DNA from: Mizuhopecten yessoensis
Taxonomy: Eukaryota
Assembly (NCBI RefSeq): GCF_002113885.1
Contig: NW_018404125.1
Coordinates: 222,051 to 286,050 of the forward strand
Direction: 5' to 3'
DNA length: 64,000 bases
Under the pieces are notes generated by a model. It ran no database searches. It was not told where the DNA came from and worked only from the letters and a program-made list of their open reading frames with translations. The translations under genes and the position numbers were made by a program. Shown here in pieces: positions 35,826 through 47,887 of the stretch (its first letter is position 1; every line of letters begins with the position of its first letter).

Positions 35826-36178
35826 CGGTTTCTTTATTCTAAAACTGTACATATCTCGTGTTCTATCCGTGTCGACACCAAACCGGATGCCGATTGGATC
35901 TGTTGCTATGACGATAGATCCATCTCTCCCGCAATCACCGTTGCTTATTAGTGCGGAATTGGAATGAGGTGAGCCCTCCTTTTCTCGGTAGCGAATACGC
36001 ACAGTAAATGTATGTCCAAAGTCATCATTTGTAAATCGCTGAATTAATAGTTCGGACTTGCCATCAAATATAGCTTTTCCGTTTTCCACTTTCACTCCCT
36101 TATTGGTAACCCACAAATAATTCCCGGAAGTGTCCTGGACATCCTTATCGAAATCTAAAATCACTTCTGCTTTACAAT
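35826..36178 (-). CDS. Pif-like exon 8 (LamG/concanavalin A-like domain)
   Basis: tttgcag| DCKAEVILDFDKDVQDTSGN..AIFDGKSELLI..ALISNGDC..KKP |gtacgt; 353 nt, phase 1-0. Confidence 0.92.
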
Positions 36179-36356
36179 CTGCAAAGAAAGAAAAGTTTTG
36201 AGTTATACACACAGACATTCTATGCATACTTGTATTTTTTAAGTAAAACATATCATTCATATAGGTTCTTTATGCTGAGCATAGGTAATCCATTTATATT
36301 CCAATATGTTATCGATTAGGAAAGATAACTGGTAGGTTTCTTAGTGGAAACTCATT

Positions 36357-36447
36357 TTGGTCTGTCGATAAGGTATTATAATAGTTGGTCTGTCGATAAG
36401 GTATTATTATAGTTGGTCTGTCGATAAGGTATTATCATAGTTGGTCT
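36357..36447. repeat. 28-bp tandem repeat x3 starting at intron position +5 after exon 7
   Basis: ttggtctgtcgataaggtattat(a/t/c)atag x3 then ttggtct, adjoining the donor at 36451. Confidence 0.9.
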
Positions 36448-36451
36448 CTAC

Positions 36452-36610
36452 CTGTATCTTTGTTGCTGAGACTTGCGGAGAACTCGGAACATCTGCATTC
36501 CTTGATGTCAAAGTTAGTCCCGGGAGCACAAGGCAAAGTCATCAAGCCGTGACCTTCGACGTTTCTTTGATAGAAAGCCGCGTTACCAGGCAAAGCCTTA
36601 TCCTGACAGA
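36452..36610 (-). CDS. Pif-like exon 7 (third Cys module, chitin-binding-like)
   Basis: ttttaaacag| VCQDKALPGNAAFYQRNVEGHGLMTLPCAPGTNFDIKECRC..KDT |gtagag; 159 nt, phase 1-1. Confidence 0.88.
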
Positions 36611-36781
36611 CTGTTTAAAAATATACAATATAAGTGGTATCATACTTCATACAAGTCAGTATAATATACAACTATGGTTTAATATGACAAGGCCAACTAA
36701 GAACCATACACAAATAATGTTCTGAAGTTTCTACGCAGAAAGGATTCCTGGTTAACAGGGTATGTCGATTGTCTTTTTACA

Positions 36782-37830
36782 ACAGCGTCGTCAAGGTATT
36801 TAAAAAGTTGCCAAATAAAGACAGCGTCATCAAGGTAATTAAATCTTCCCCAAAATAAAGACAGCGTCGTCAAGGTAATTAAATAGTTGCAAAGATAAAG
36901 ACAGCGTCGTCAAGGTATTTAAATACTCACCTAAATAAAACCAGCGTCGTCAAGGTATTTCAAAAGTTGCCAAGATAAAGACAGCGTCGCCAAGGTATTT
37001 AAATAGTCGCTTAAATAAAGACTGCGTCGTCAAGGTATTTAAATAGTCGCCTTAATAAAGACAGCATCGTAAAGGTATCTAAATAGTCGCCTTGATAAAG
37101 ACTGCGTCGTCAAGGTATTAAAATAGTTGCCTAAATAAAGACAGCGTCGCCAAGGTATTTAAATAGTTGCCAAGATAAAGACAACGTCGTCAAGGTATTT
37201 TAATAGTCGCCAAAATAAAGACAGCGTCGCCAAGGTATTTAAATAGTTGCCAAGATAAAGACAGCATCGTCAAGGTATTTTAATAGTCGCCTTTATAAAG
37301 ACTGCGTCGTCAAGTTATTAAAATAGTTGCCTTAATGAATACAGCGTCGTCAAGGTATTTAAAAATCTCCTAAATAAAGACTGCGTCGTCAATATATTTA
37401 AATAGTCTCCTAAATAAAGACAGCGTCGCCAAGGTATTTAAATAGTCGCCTAAATATAGACAGCGTCGCAAAAGGTATTTAAATAGTCGCCAAGATAAAT
37501 ACAGCATCGTCAAGATTTTTAAATAGTTGCCAAAATAAAGACAGCGTCGCCAAGGTATTGGAATAGTCGCCTATATAAAGACAGCGTCGACAAGGTATTT
37601 AAATATCACCAAGATAAAGACAGCGTCGTCAAGATATTTAAATAATCACAAAGATAAAGACAGCGTCGCCAAGGTATTTAGATTGTCGCAAAGATAAAGA
37701 CAGCGTCGCCAAGGTATTTAAATTGTCGCCAAAATAAAGACAGCGTTGCCAAGGTATTTAAACTATCGCCAATATAAAGACAGCGTCGATTAGGCATAGA
37801 AAACGTCAAGGAAAAAAAAAGTCGCCAAGG
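36782..37830. repeat. 40-bp minisatellite, ~25 diverged copies
   Basis: Unit aaataaagacagcgtcgtcaaggtatttaaatagtcgcct. Confidence 0.95.
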
Positions 37831-38213
37831 CATAGATACATTAATTAAGTGTCACCGAGAAAGAGAAGCGGTATCAAGGTATAGAAAGTGCCACAACGAT
37901 TGCACATTTCTGCCGTCGACCTACGACTTAAGATTTACGTATGACGACATATTTGTTTTAGGAGATACTTGCATAATCTATGATAAAAAATATGCTTTTA
38001 TCGATATAAGGTTGGTGTGATTTTCTTGTGATTTGAGTTTATACATTCGTATAAATAGTAAAAATTGCAAAATACTTTTGATAGATAAAATGGCTTTCTG
38101 CATTGTGAAATAGAAAATGACATTCAAAAACCGTTAAGTGATTTCAACTTCAGCTAATTTCAATTATTTTTAATACATTGTCATATCAATATAGAGATGT
38201 GCTGAGTACATAC

Positions 38214-38408
38214 CTGTTTTCTTCGGGGGAGTGTAGGACCAGGTGCACGTAGGGGGGCAGGTCCGGTCTCTGACGCACCCGTCACTGGCCTTGTAGGCAT
38301 AACCAGGGGGACAACAGCGCTGTATTGCATGTCCATCTTCACAAAACCAGTAGGCCTGGCAGTGGGCGTTGTTGGCATAGCGATGTACCAGCAAGTTATG
38401 ACACATAT
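38214..38408 (-). CDS. Pif-like exon 6 (chitin-binding-like Cys module)
   Basis: ttttttgtag| DMCHN..HCQAYWFCEDGHAIQRCCPPGYAY..GCVRDRTCPPTC |gtatgt; 195 nt, phase 1-1. Confidence 0.92.
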
Positions 38409-38779
38409 CTACAAAAAACATGGACAGAATTGTATAATATGTTTAATATGTCTGGAAAACATTCAAATACACAGCGGTTAAAAGAAGGAAGTGAAGAGAA
38501 ATGGATATGTTATTATAACTGAATAAAGTATTTGCTTTCCGTCGTTTAACGAAAGGACTTGAAGAATTTGTCTAAGAATATACCATCGAAAAGGAAAGAG
38601 TAGAAAAGAGAACGAATAGATCCCAAGTTTTGTTTTCTTCAACGACCTCTAAGCAGAAAACTCATAAGAAATCCCCGATTCTGAAAGGGAGCTCCTCATT
38701 AATCTTACGATAACATTCAGTGAGGAATTGCAATATGGCATTTTAAATACGATTAATAGAACCTGGATAATATACTTAC

Positions 38780-38971
38780 CATGAATACAATTGACTCGGA
38801 CGGCATAGTCACACGTGAGTTCCTCTTGGCTCCAGAATTGGCCGACAGGACAATTCTTATAAAAGGCAGTGACGTTTTTCCCAGTGAAGAAACACTGGAC
38901 GTATTTACTACAGTCAGTAGGATGAGGGTTGAAGCCGGCACCGTTTACCATCTTACATCCGAGGCAGGGAT
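38780..38971 (-). CDS. Pif-like exon 5 (ChtBD2/peritrophin-A chitin-binding domain)
   Basis: gaacag| NPCLGC..PHPTDCSKYVQC..KNCPVGQFWSQEELTCDYAVRVNC |gtaagt; 192 nt, phase 1-1. Confidence 0.93.
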
Positions 38972-39860
38972 CTGTTCAGTTAATGTGATAGTACTATTAA
39001 TTATGTTTAACAGTGAACGTGTATTTATAAGACACTCATTAATAAACGAGGATTATGAGGTTTAATTGAATTAATATTGTTCTTTTCATAATGATATTGA
39101 CATTTACATGTGAAGAACTGTAAAGGGAATGTAACTAATGATTCGATAAATAAATCGTAGGTTTATGAAACGTTATCACCTAATTGATAATTTAAAAGGA
39201 AAGTCAAATAAGATACTTTCATAATAACTTAAATTAATACTATAACATACATGGTCCAAATGATTTCTATCTAATGAAACATACTATATAATGAACAAAC
39301 TTTAAATTGGCCGAAAAAAACATAAACATGTAAAGTTGACATGAATCTTGATACCGCTGTGTTATACACACAAGTAACATGACCATAACGCCATAGAGAG
39401 AGCTATGCTATTCATAATTCGCACATAATTCCCATTGATGTAGTGATATGAAGAACATGTTTGTGACGTCGTGACTAAATAACGTCGTTTTGACCGACGT
39501 CACTATATTCATTGTATTATTGACGTCACGAAACAATTGTAACAATACGCAATCCTGGTGGTAGCTCGTCCGTGCTACCGGATTAAAACACCCAATTGAT
39601 CAATGTAACTCGCAATAATTTATGTAGTTATGATGTATAAAAGGTGTATATACTCACGGTGGAATATATTGATTAAATTGTTGAAATTAAATTGATAATT
39701 TTGTATTTATTTTCACGAACTATATTATTTTGCCGGGGACGATCGCGTGTACTCGTGACGTCACAAGAACAGGTCCCATTGACAGACAGCGCGAAATTTG
39801 ACTTTGAAATGCTATAACAGGTTGGAAATATAAGAAACATTTAGAATAGAAACGGAAATA

Positions 39861-40020
39861 TAAGTACTAAACTGCCTTCTTTTGAAAGTTAGTGTCCTAA
39901 AATTATTACAGGATTGCAGACAAATTAACCTTAACACGCTAACACGCGTTATTCAATTTGTCTGAAATCCTGTGAGAATCATAGGACAATAACTTTCCAA
40001 AGAAGGCAGTTTAGTACTTA
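39861..40020. repeat. ~160-bp near-perfect palindrome (hairpin MITE-like)
   Basis: taagtactaaactgccttctttt.gaaagtta.tgtccta..acaggatt.cagacaaatt mirrored by aatttgtctg.aatcctgt..taggaca.taactttc.aaagaaggcagtttagtactta. Confidence 0.9.
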
Positions 40021-40213
40021 AATAACTATCCCCTGCTTACATCTACCACCAGTATATAACTACCATCTATATGAAGCTATAACCTTCTACAACTATCACC
40101 TTCTTTGACCAACTCCCTGAGTGTCCATGCAAACCATCTCATTATAACTTTTGCTCTCTATCTTGGCAGTTGTTTTTATATAAGTTTATCGTTTACCAAT
40201 TATATGTACTCAC

Positions 40214-41827
40214 TGAAGCCTGGAGGAGGCGTCTCTAGGACCCCAGTGGTTGTAGTGAACCTTCTAGTAGTAGTAGCAGGCAAGGTTGTGGTGGTTTTCG
40301 GTGTTGGAGTTGTAGTGATGGGCGGGCGTTTCGTAGTACCTCTTGTTTTCCAAAACCAAGTCCATAATGGAGGTTTAGTTGGCCTTGGAGTAGGGCGTGG
40401 AGTTGGTCGGGGAGTTGGTCTTGGTGTAGGGCGTGGAGTTGGTCGGGGAGTTGGTTTTGGTGTAGGGCGTGGAGTTGGTCGTGGAGTTGGTCGTGGGGTT
40501 AGTCTAGGAGTAGGGCGTGGAGTAGGTCGGGGAGTTGGTCGTTGAGTTGGTCGTGGGGTTTGTCTAGGGGTAGGGCGTGGAGTAGGTCGGGGAGTTGGTC
40601 GTGGAGTTTGTCTAGGGGTAGGGCGTGGAGTAGGTCGGGGAGTAGGGCGTGGAGTTGGTCGTGGAGTTGGTCGTGGTGTTTGTCTAGGGGTAGGGCGTGG
40701 AGTAGGTCGGGGAGTTGGTCGTGGAGTTTGTCTAGGGGTAGGGCGTGGAGTAGGTCGGGGAGTAAGGCGTGGAGTTGGTTGTGAAGCTGGTCGTAGGGCT
40801 TGTATAGGGGTAGGGCGTGGAGTAGGTCGGGGAGTTTGTTTAGGAGTTGGTCTAGGGGTTGGATATGGAGATGGTCGAGGAGTAAGTCGTGGAGTTGGTT
40901 TAGGAGTTGGTCTAGGAGTTGGTCTTGGTGTGTGTCGAAGAGTTGGTTTAGGAGTTGGTCTAGGAGTGGGATGTGGAGTTGGTCGAGGAGTAAGTAGTGG
41001 CATTGGTCTGGGTGTGTATCGAGGAGTTGGTTTAGGGGTTGGTCTAGGAGTGGGATGTGGAGTTGGTCGAGGAGTAAGTCGTGGCGTTGGTTTGGGTGTG
41101 TGGCTAGGTGTTGGTCCAGGAGTTGGTCTTGGGGTTTTAAGTGGAGTTGGTCTAGGAGTTGGTTTTGGGGTTAGACGTGGAGTTGGTCTTGGGGTTTGGA
41201 GTGGAGTTGGTCTAGGAGTTGGTCTGGGGGTGTAACGAGGCGTTGGTTTAGGAGTCAGTATTGGAGTTGGACGTGGTGTTGGTCGAAGAGTTAACCATGG
41301 GATTGGCCTAGGAGTTTGACGAGGGATTGGTCTAGGTGTGGGACGTCGAGTTGGTCTTGGTGTTGGTCGAGGAGTAAACAATGGGATTGGCATCGGAGTT
41401 TGACGAGGTGTTGGTCTAGGTGTGAGACGTGGAGTTGGTCTTGGTGTTGGACGCATGGTTGGTCGTGGAGTTTGTCGCGGAGTGGGACGCGGGGTTGGAT
41501 GTGTAATTGGCTGAGGAGAAGTCATAGTAGGTGCAACACAAACGTCATATACCAATCGATCTCTAACAAAATCTTTGAATTCGTCGAAACGAGACATGTA
41601 ATAGACATGGTGGCGGCCAATAGCGCCCGTCATAACGTTCAGTTCGTACATCCTCGTATTACCAGTGATGCCCACAGCGAACATATCAATGCCCTCTCGC
41701 CTAGCCAGGAACGCTTGCTGGGCAACACTAACAGGGGAAGGTGATAGGCCGTACGTCACGATCAAACCAACCCGTCGTACACCGGGCCGAAAGTTAGACG
41801 CAAACATCCGGTTCATCTCAAGCAAGC
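40214..41827 (-). CDS. Pif-like exon 4 (C-terminal half of vWA + long TPRP Pro/Thr/Arg linker)
   Basis: atttatctag| [40 protein letters not shown].. then (TPRP)n; ttca|gtgagt; 1614 nt, phase 1-1. Confidence 0.92.
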
Positions 41828-42349
41828 CTAGATAAATAATTGAACAAAAGGCAAAGTGTAAAGTAAAAAAGCAATCAAAGTACCACATCGCTAAAATGTA
41901 AGTAAACATTGATACAAAACGACAACAACAGGAATCGCAGACAAATCGGAATAAAAGGCAAAAAATCAAGGAACCTTACAAAACTACCGGGACGGGACCA
42001 GGTGTGCCGGAACGGTAAAATGTCCAACGATCTTAGACATTGGATCAAATTTTTGACCTTAACAAATTCTCATGGATTAAACCCCAAAAGAATATCTTCG
42101 ACGTAATTTGTTAAATATTACAACACGAACAAGACGGCTTACACAATCACAAAGGACCATCGACCCTTCTCTATTACTGAATATCGCTAACTTCATTTTT
42201 TTTTACTTAATTCTGAAAATTCGACATATATTTGCACAAGTAATGGAACTACTCTGTTTTTATAATAAAACGTAAACTAACTGAGATATTTTTACAGAAA
42301 AAAACTACAGTTCAATTCCATGTAATACAGGTAATACGTGTATCGGTAC

Positions 42350-42616
42350 CTAGGTCTGTCCGTGTACCGACGCCAGTTGTCTTGGTCTCGTAGATAAACA
42401 CCTTGAGTCCATCTTTGTCTGCAGAAATGGTACGTTTCTCAACATTGGTGGCGTCGCTGTATTGAATGAAACCGATGTGTGTATTGGCTGGATAACGTGG
42501 TGACGTCATAGATTCAATGAAGTTGATAACACCGCATTTGATGTCCGTGAAATTTAGCGGCGTGATAGTATTTGAACCGTGAATTACAACTATAATATCC
42601 ATCACAAGGGGACATC
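42350..42616 (-). CDS. Pif-like exon 3 (N-terminal half of vWA domain)
   Basis: ttcttgacag| RCPLVMDIIVVIHGSNTI..NF..HIGFIQYS..GVGTRTDL |gtaccg; 267 nt, phase 1-1. Confidence 0.9.
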
Positions 42617-42828
42617 CTGTCAAGAAGAACGGGGTGAAACGTCATATAAAGCAAGAAAGACGAATAAGAAAATTTCGCATGTGTTACATATAAACTTCGT
42701 TTAGACCAATGGCTTTTTCGAGATGTCATATCATTCTTTAAATATGACATAGTATTGCGTTTTCATACATAAATAAAGTAGTAAAGTTCACATTCGAGTA
42801 AAACAAATATGACATCATGTTTATAAAT

Positions 42829-42831
<3 letters not shown>

Positions 42832-42870
<39 letters not shown>

Positions 42871-42873
42871 GGN
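42832..42873. other. Poly-T run (~38 nt) next to an ambiguous base N (42873): possible assembly join
   Basis: Directly visible; intronic. Confidence 0.8.
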
Positions 42874-43015
42874 GATAGTTCAACATGGGAGTTAGTTTGT
42901 TTGTAAACATTTTTGTTTGTAAACATTGTATAATATATCATCATTTTCATAATAATGAAATTAATTACAATCATATACCAATGTATTGGAGTAACAGTAT
43001 GACAAATGTACTTAC

Positions 43016-44551
43016 TGAATATCGGATGAGAAGTAAAAGTCATTGGTGAGGTGCCTCTTGTTAAAGGTACCGGCGTAGGCGTTGACCCTGGTGAAGTTTC
43101 CTCTGTTTCCTCAGAGCTCCCCCTTGAAGGTATTGGTGTCGGTGTCGTCCTTTGTAAGGGTTTCTCTGATGTTTTAGGAGTTCTTCTTGGAACAAAATAA
43201 ACAGGAGTTGTGCGTTTCGTTGCTATGCCAGAATCGTCTGAACTTTCGGAGGAAGAGGAAGACGAGGACGAAGAAGAGGAAGACGAAGAAGAGGAAGACG
43301 AAGAAGAGGAAGACGAGGACGAAGAAGAGGAAGGAACCTGCGTCGAGGAATCGTCACTTTCACCAGAATTGTCTGGTGCTGAAGGCGATGAGTTCTCTGA
43401 CGAATCCTCAGAATCCTCAGATGGATTTGCAGATTTCGGAACACGCTCTTGAGAAGAATCGTCCTTTTCCTCTGGCTTGTCTAATGATGTCACCGTTGTT
43501 GGTGTTGTGTGTTCAAAAGAATCATCTGCTTCTTTAGAATCAGGTTGTGGAGGGACATATTCTGAGACTTTATGTTCTTTACTTCCCCCTGTATTTCCTG
43601 TTTGTGTATGTGTGTTAGGATCGGCTGAGTCGTCCTTTTCTTTGGAATCAGGTTGTGAAACGGTTTTTTTTGAGGCTGAACTTTTGCGTGTTTCTATTTT
43701 TACCACTTCATTTTCCGTTTGTGAATGTTCGTATGGGTCAGCCGGGTCGTCCGTTTCGTTGGAATCAGTCTGTGAAACGATATTTTTTGAATCTGCACTT
43801 TTTAGGGTTTCTGTTTTCCCCTCTGCATTTTCCGTTTGTGTATGTGTGTTAGGATCGGCTGGGTCATCCCTTTCTTTGGAATCAGACTGTGAAACGGTGT
43901 TTTTTGAGGCTGTGCTTTCGAGGTTATTTTTATTTCCCTCTGAATTTCCTGTTTTTGTTTGTGTGTTAGGATCGGTATGGTCATCATTTTCTTTAGAATC
44001 AGTCTCTGAAACGGTGTTTTTTGAGGCTGTGCTTTCGAGGTTATTTTTATTTCCCTCTGAATTTCCTGTTTTTGTTTGTGTGTTAGGATCGGTATGGTCA
44101 TCCTTTTCTTTAGAATCAGTCTCTGAAACGGTGTTTTTTGAAGCTGTACTTTTTTGGGTATCCTGACTTTCTTTATTATTTACTGTTGGGTTCTGTTTAA
44201 GTTTGTTAGAGTCACCCGATTCGTCCGTTTCCTTTGAATCAGTCTGTGAAACGGTATTTTTTGTAGAAATAATGGAATCAGGCTTTGAAATAACATGATT
44301 CGAAGAAACCTGTTGTGACAAACCATAGCTCACTCTGTCATTGTCGGATGAATCTATCTGCAGGAAAGGCGTCGTTTTATCTACCATAGTCTCAGTCGTA
44401 GAGTCGTCGCCATTGCTGGTGACGTCAGCGTTGTCATTGACAACATGCATTTTTTCCGATTCATAGTCATCATTAATAGTTTTATAATGCACTATGTTAC
44501 TGGCATCTCGATGGCTGTCGTAACGTGGCCGTTTGATTGGGAATCCGGTAT
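43016..44551 (-). CDS. Pif-like exon 2 (acidic D/E/S/T-rich region, 39-aa repeats, poly-Ser)
   Basis: tttttccag| ... ttca|gtaagt; 1536 nt open, phase 1-1; in frame with ORF 44492-42738. Confidence 0.9.
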
Positions 44552-45571
44552 CTGGAAAAACAATGTTGTACGTCGTGACTTTTCATAATACAATACAATA
44601 CAGAGGACTGTAAATCATGTATGTTTAGCGAGAGTTATTTTTTCGTGTTAGTTCAGAGGATATAGTCAATGTTTCAATCATACACAAGAAAACAATGATC
44701 ATAAAGACATGAAGATTTTTGTCAGATTTGGACAATTAAATTCTTAATAGTCGGTAAAGTGACATTGATAAAATCTTGGCTACTGTTCTGAAAGATAAGT
44801 TGGTTTTGATGACTCAGTAGTCTTAACTTATATATATTGAAGAAGTGTAGACTGATTTTGTGTCAAATCCTAGATAAACAGTTTGAATACAAAATTTTAG
44901 CGTAACTATATATGTTTATGTCACAACTTTTTCATAATTAATGACACTATTAGCATGATAAGAACTTATTGTGACCTTCAACCCAATATGCCTACTGCAA
45001 GTTTCCGGATTGACATTGTGTGGTCAGCCAAAACTGTCGAGATTGTTTTTGATATGTTATGAGATCAATCACGTTGTATTATTAAACCTGACGTAGATTC
45101 GTGTTTGTGTCCGTAAATGTAGCGTACAATTTACATAAACTTGACGTTACTAATTTCCTGTTAGATAATTGATATAAATTATCATCAACTCTGCTTCCGT
45201 AAAAAAGATATTCTTTTCAGAATGGTTAACAATTGCTGTTTTCCTGTTGGTGTTTTGGTATTAATCGTTTTATCTATTAATTATCCTATATTGTTACGAA
45301 CTCCTGCTATTATTATGCAAGATACACTTTTTTTTTAAACCGTCTAACTTTTTATCACAAGAAATCCTAGAAAATTCCTATTTATAAACCTTCAGAAAAT
45401 TGTAACATGCTTGATGCTTTTAAAACTTTTTTTTCTTCCACAACTCATCTTGTTACTGGTATCATCTGTCTCCATCTTGTACCATGTCATTTCTGTAATT
45501 TCATTTGAATAATCGAAAATTACAAAATCTAACATTAGCTTTATCATGGCTATTGTTACATAATCACCTAC

Positions 45572-45692
45572 CTACGAGGTCATCTAAAGATATTTCGTCG
45601 TCATCCCACCACAACTGGGCATGCGCAGTTACCCATAATCGGCACACGAATGACATCACTAGAAAGACCACTGTAGCATGACAAGAGGCCAT
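45572..45692 (-). CDS. Pif-like coding exon 1 (signal peptide MASCHATVVFLVMSFVCRLWVTAHA-QLWWDDDEISLDDLV); spliced CDS 4653 nt, ~1550 aa
   Basis: Acceptor tttgtttcag| 7 nt before the ATG; hydrophobic core with A-x-A cleavage motif; donor gtag|gtaggt, phase 1, compatible with exon 2. Confidence 0.85.
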
Positions 45693-46769
45693 TTCAAATC
45701 TGAAACAAAAAAGAGAAATATGCAAAATAATTATTAGCGATGTTGTACGGAGAATGAAATATCTACAGAGAATGACATCATCTAAACGTTTGACTGTAGT
45801 GAACAAGATCGACTATCAAAAATTACACAAATGACAAAAACAGGTCTGATGATAAGATTTTGTAAGCCCCCGACCTCTCTCTAAAAAAACAATTGGTGTT
45901 CTGAAAGGGTAAGCGAATCAAGGCGCGTCTGCACATCAGGAACATTTATGAACGAACTGAGAATAATATTTTTGAAGGATCAGAATATCACACAAAACCT
46001 TCACATACAGACGTATAAACCATTTAACAGCTTAAAGCATCGTAACACTTTCCGGCTGATAAAATTTCACAATAACGCTGAACTATAATTTCCAAAGGAT
46101 TAAAACAGTATGCATTATATCGAGAAAAGACATACAGGAAAGATGAAACTATCGTTCAATTCCTTCAGGTATGACAAACGTGACGATAATAACGATATGT
46201 GACCAGACAATTTATATAGGTTCTCCGTATATTGTATTTAAAAAAATAAGCCACAGAGATTTAGATAAGTTTGTTTTATTCATCTAATTATTTGACAATT
46301 GTAGACATCCAGGATACTGACTCAGTTCCGGACCCCTGAGTTCACTTCGTCTCATGATTCAAGTACACGTATTGTGATAGTCACTATTTAACCCTCCCAC
46401 TGCCTTGTTTATAGTCACGACATTATGTGTTACTCAACGTTAAGGAAACATACACCTGGTTATATCATCTAGATCCATCGCACGAACAATCACGAGGTTA
46501 AATGATGGAATTCTCGGGACACCAATTACACGTTACAGGTTGGTAGTAAAGACTGATTCTAATGGTGATACTTTGGGTAAGTATTAGTGTGACAGCTTTT
46601 ACAGAAATACCAGTAAGAATTTGCAAATGAAAAGACCGATTTATTTTCATCACACGAAAATCAGGACAATATAAACGTTATACATACAGGCAATAGAAAC
46701 TGACTGTGAGATTTTCATTTAAACAAGAAAGAAAACCATGCCATTCCCTTTTGATACATATGTTGGTAG

Positions 46770-47590
46770 CATACTGTTTATGCAAGATAACTCTGGGGTG
46801 CATGTCATGCATTTGATGTAGAAAAGGTTCATCTGCACTTTTGTAAGAAGTTAACACAAGTAAAAAAAATCATCAAATAATAATATGATATATTGTGAAT
46901 AAGGTCGCTTTCCTTTAGAAATTATCAGAAAGTTCAACAGGATAAAGTATTGATTCAAACGTCTTCATAGTGTAAACTGTATTGTATTAAATTGGTATGA
47001 TTTCGTTGTACACAGTCGTTGTGATAGAACTGCTTTTAACTGCGCTTACATTGTAAGGGATGACTTAAATAATTTAGGATTTGGAGAAATATGGCAAATT
47101 CAATACAGTGTTAGAAATTAAAAAATAATTCTGCTAGAGGTAAAACAAAGAATATTTGATCAGGGTGAACAGACTATACGAGTTTCAGTAGATAGTTCAC
47201 CAAAATGATTTTTATATAAACATCTTTTGAAACCAACTTTTGCTCTTCACCTTTATCTAACTAAGTATATTCCTGTTAAATATAGAACATTTCTAACCTG
47301 GTCACGGACTTCTGCACATTCACTGGCTACTGATACTGGCAGATGTATAAGTGTTCCTAGAGTACTAAGGCGTTGTAAACAAAACGTAACTCCACTGGCG
47401 TGGAAGATGAATTTTACTTTCTTTTAATTTGTAGTAAACATTAAAATCTGTGAGTGAGGCTTATTAAAAATATTATTGGAAGAATCCTTCTGTTTTTGAG
47501 GCTATTCAGTTTTTTAGTGTCTAAAATAGTAACAGCTTTGTATGTTTAGGGAATTTATCTTTGCGGCTAAGAAATTAAGTACCCCTAAAT
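46770..47590 (+). mobile_element. Heavily decayed LINE 3' fragment (same type as 24153-25287)
   Basis: VEKVHLHFCKKL, GRFPLEI, LNNLGFGEIW, VKQRIFDQ, RTSAHSLATDTGR, VEDEFYFLLIC, KKYYWKNPS, with stops and frameshifts. Confidence 0.8.
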
Positions 47591-47887
47591 TAATTATCAT
47601 GTATTTAAAAGTACATCTCTCTTTACATTCTCTATATGTTGTATTCTGTATCCTGTACTGATTAGCCAATGACCTCAATTTTGAATATATCTGTAATCTT
47701 GAGCAAGTCGTAATGTAGACTAAACATTCAATTCTTCATTTCTCCTTCTTACTATTATACATATATATATATATATATATTCTCGATATGATAATGATTG
47801 AATGATACTATATAATAGTATTTGTGTATCTAATTAGAAACTTTTAATTTAAATTGGGTTATTAAATAAGTTATGAACCATACATAC

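Noticed and set aside
40105-41744. Plus-strand Gly/Val/Arg- and Ser/Trp-rich ORFs
   Set aside because: Antisense shadows of the TPRP-coding exon.
42738-43015. C-terminal extension of the 584-aa ORF with TM-like and poly-Lys stretch
   Set aside because: Lies beyond the donor at 43015; intronic read-through across a poly-T run and an N.
43187-44166. Plus-strand poly-Glu/Asp, Lys/Arg-rich and 229-aa ORFs
   Set aside because: Antisense shadows of the poly-Ser and 39-aa repeat exon; no independent splice or start evidence.
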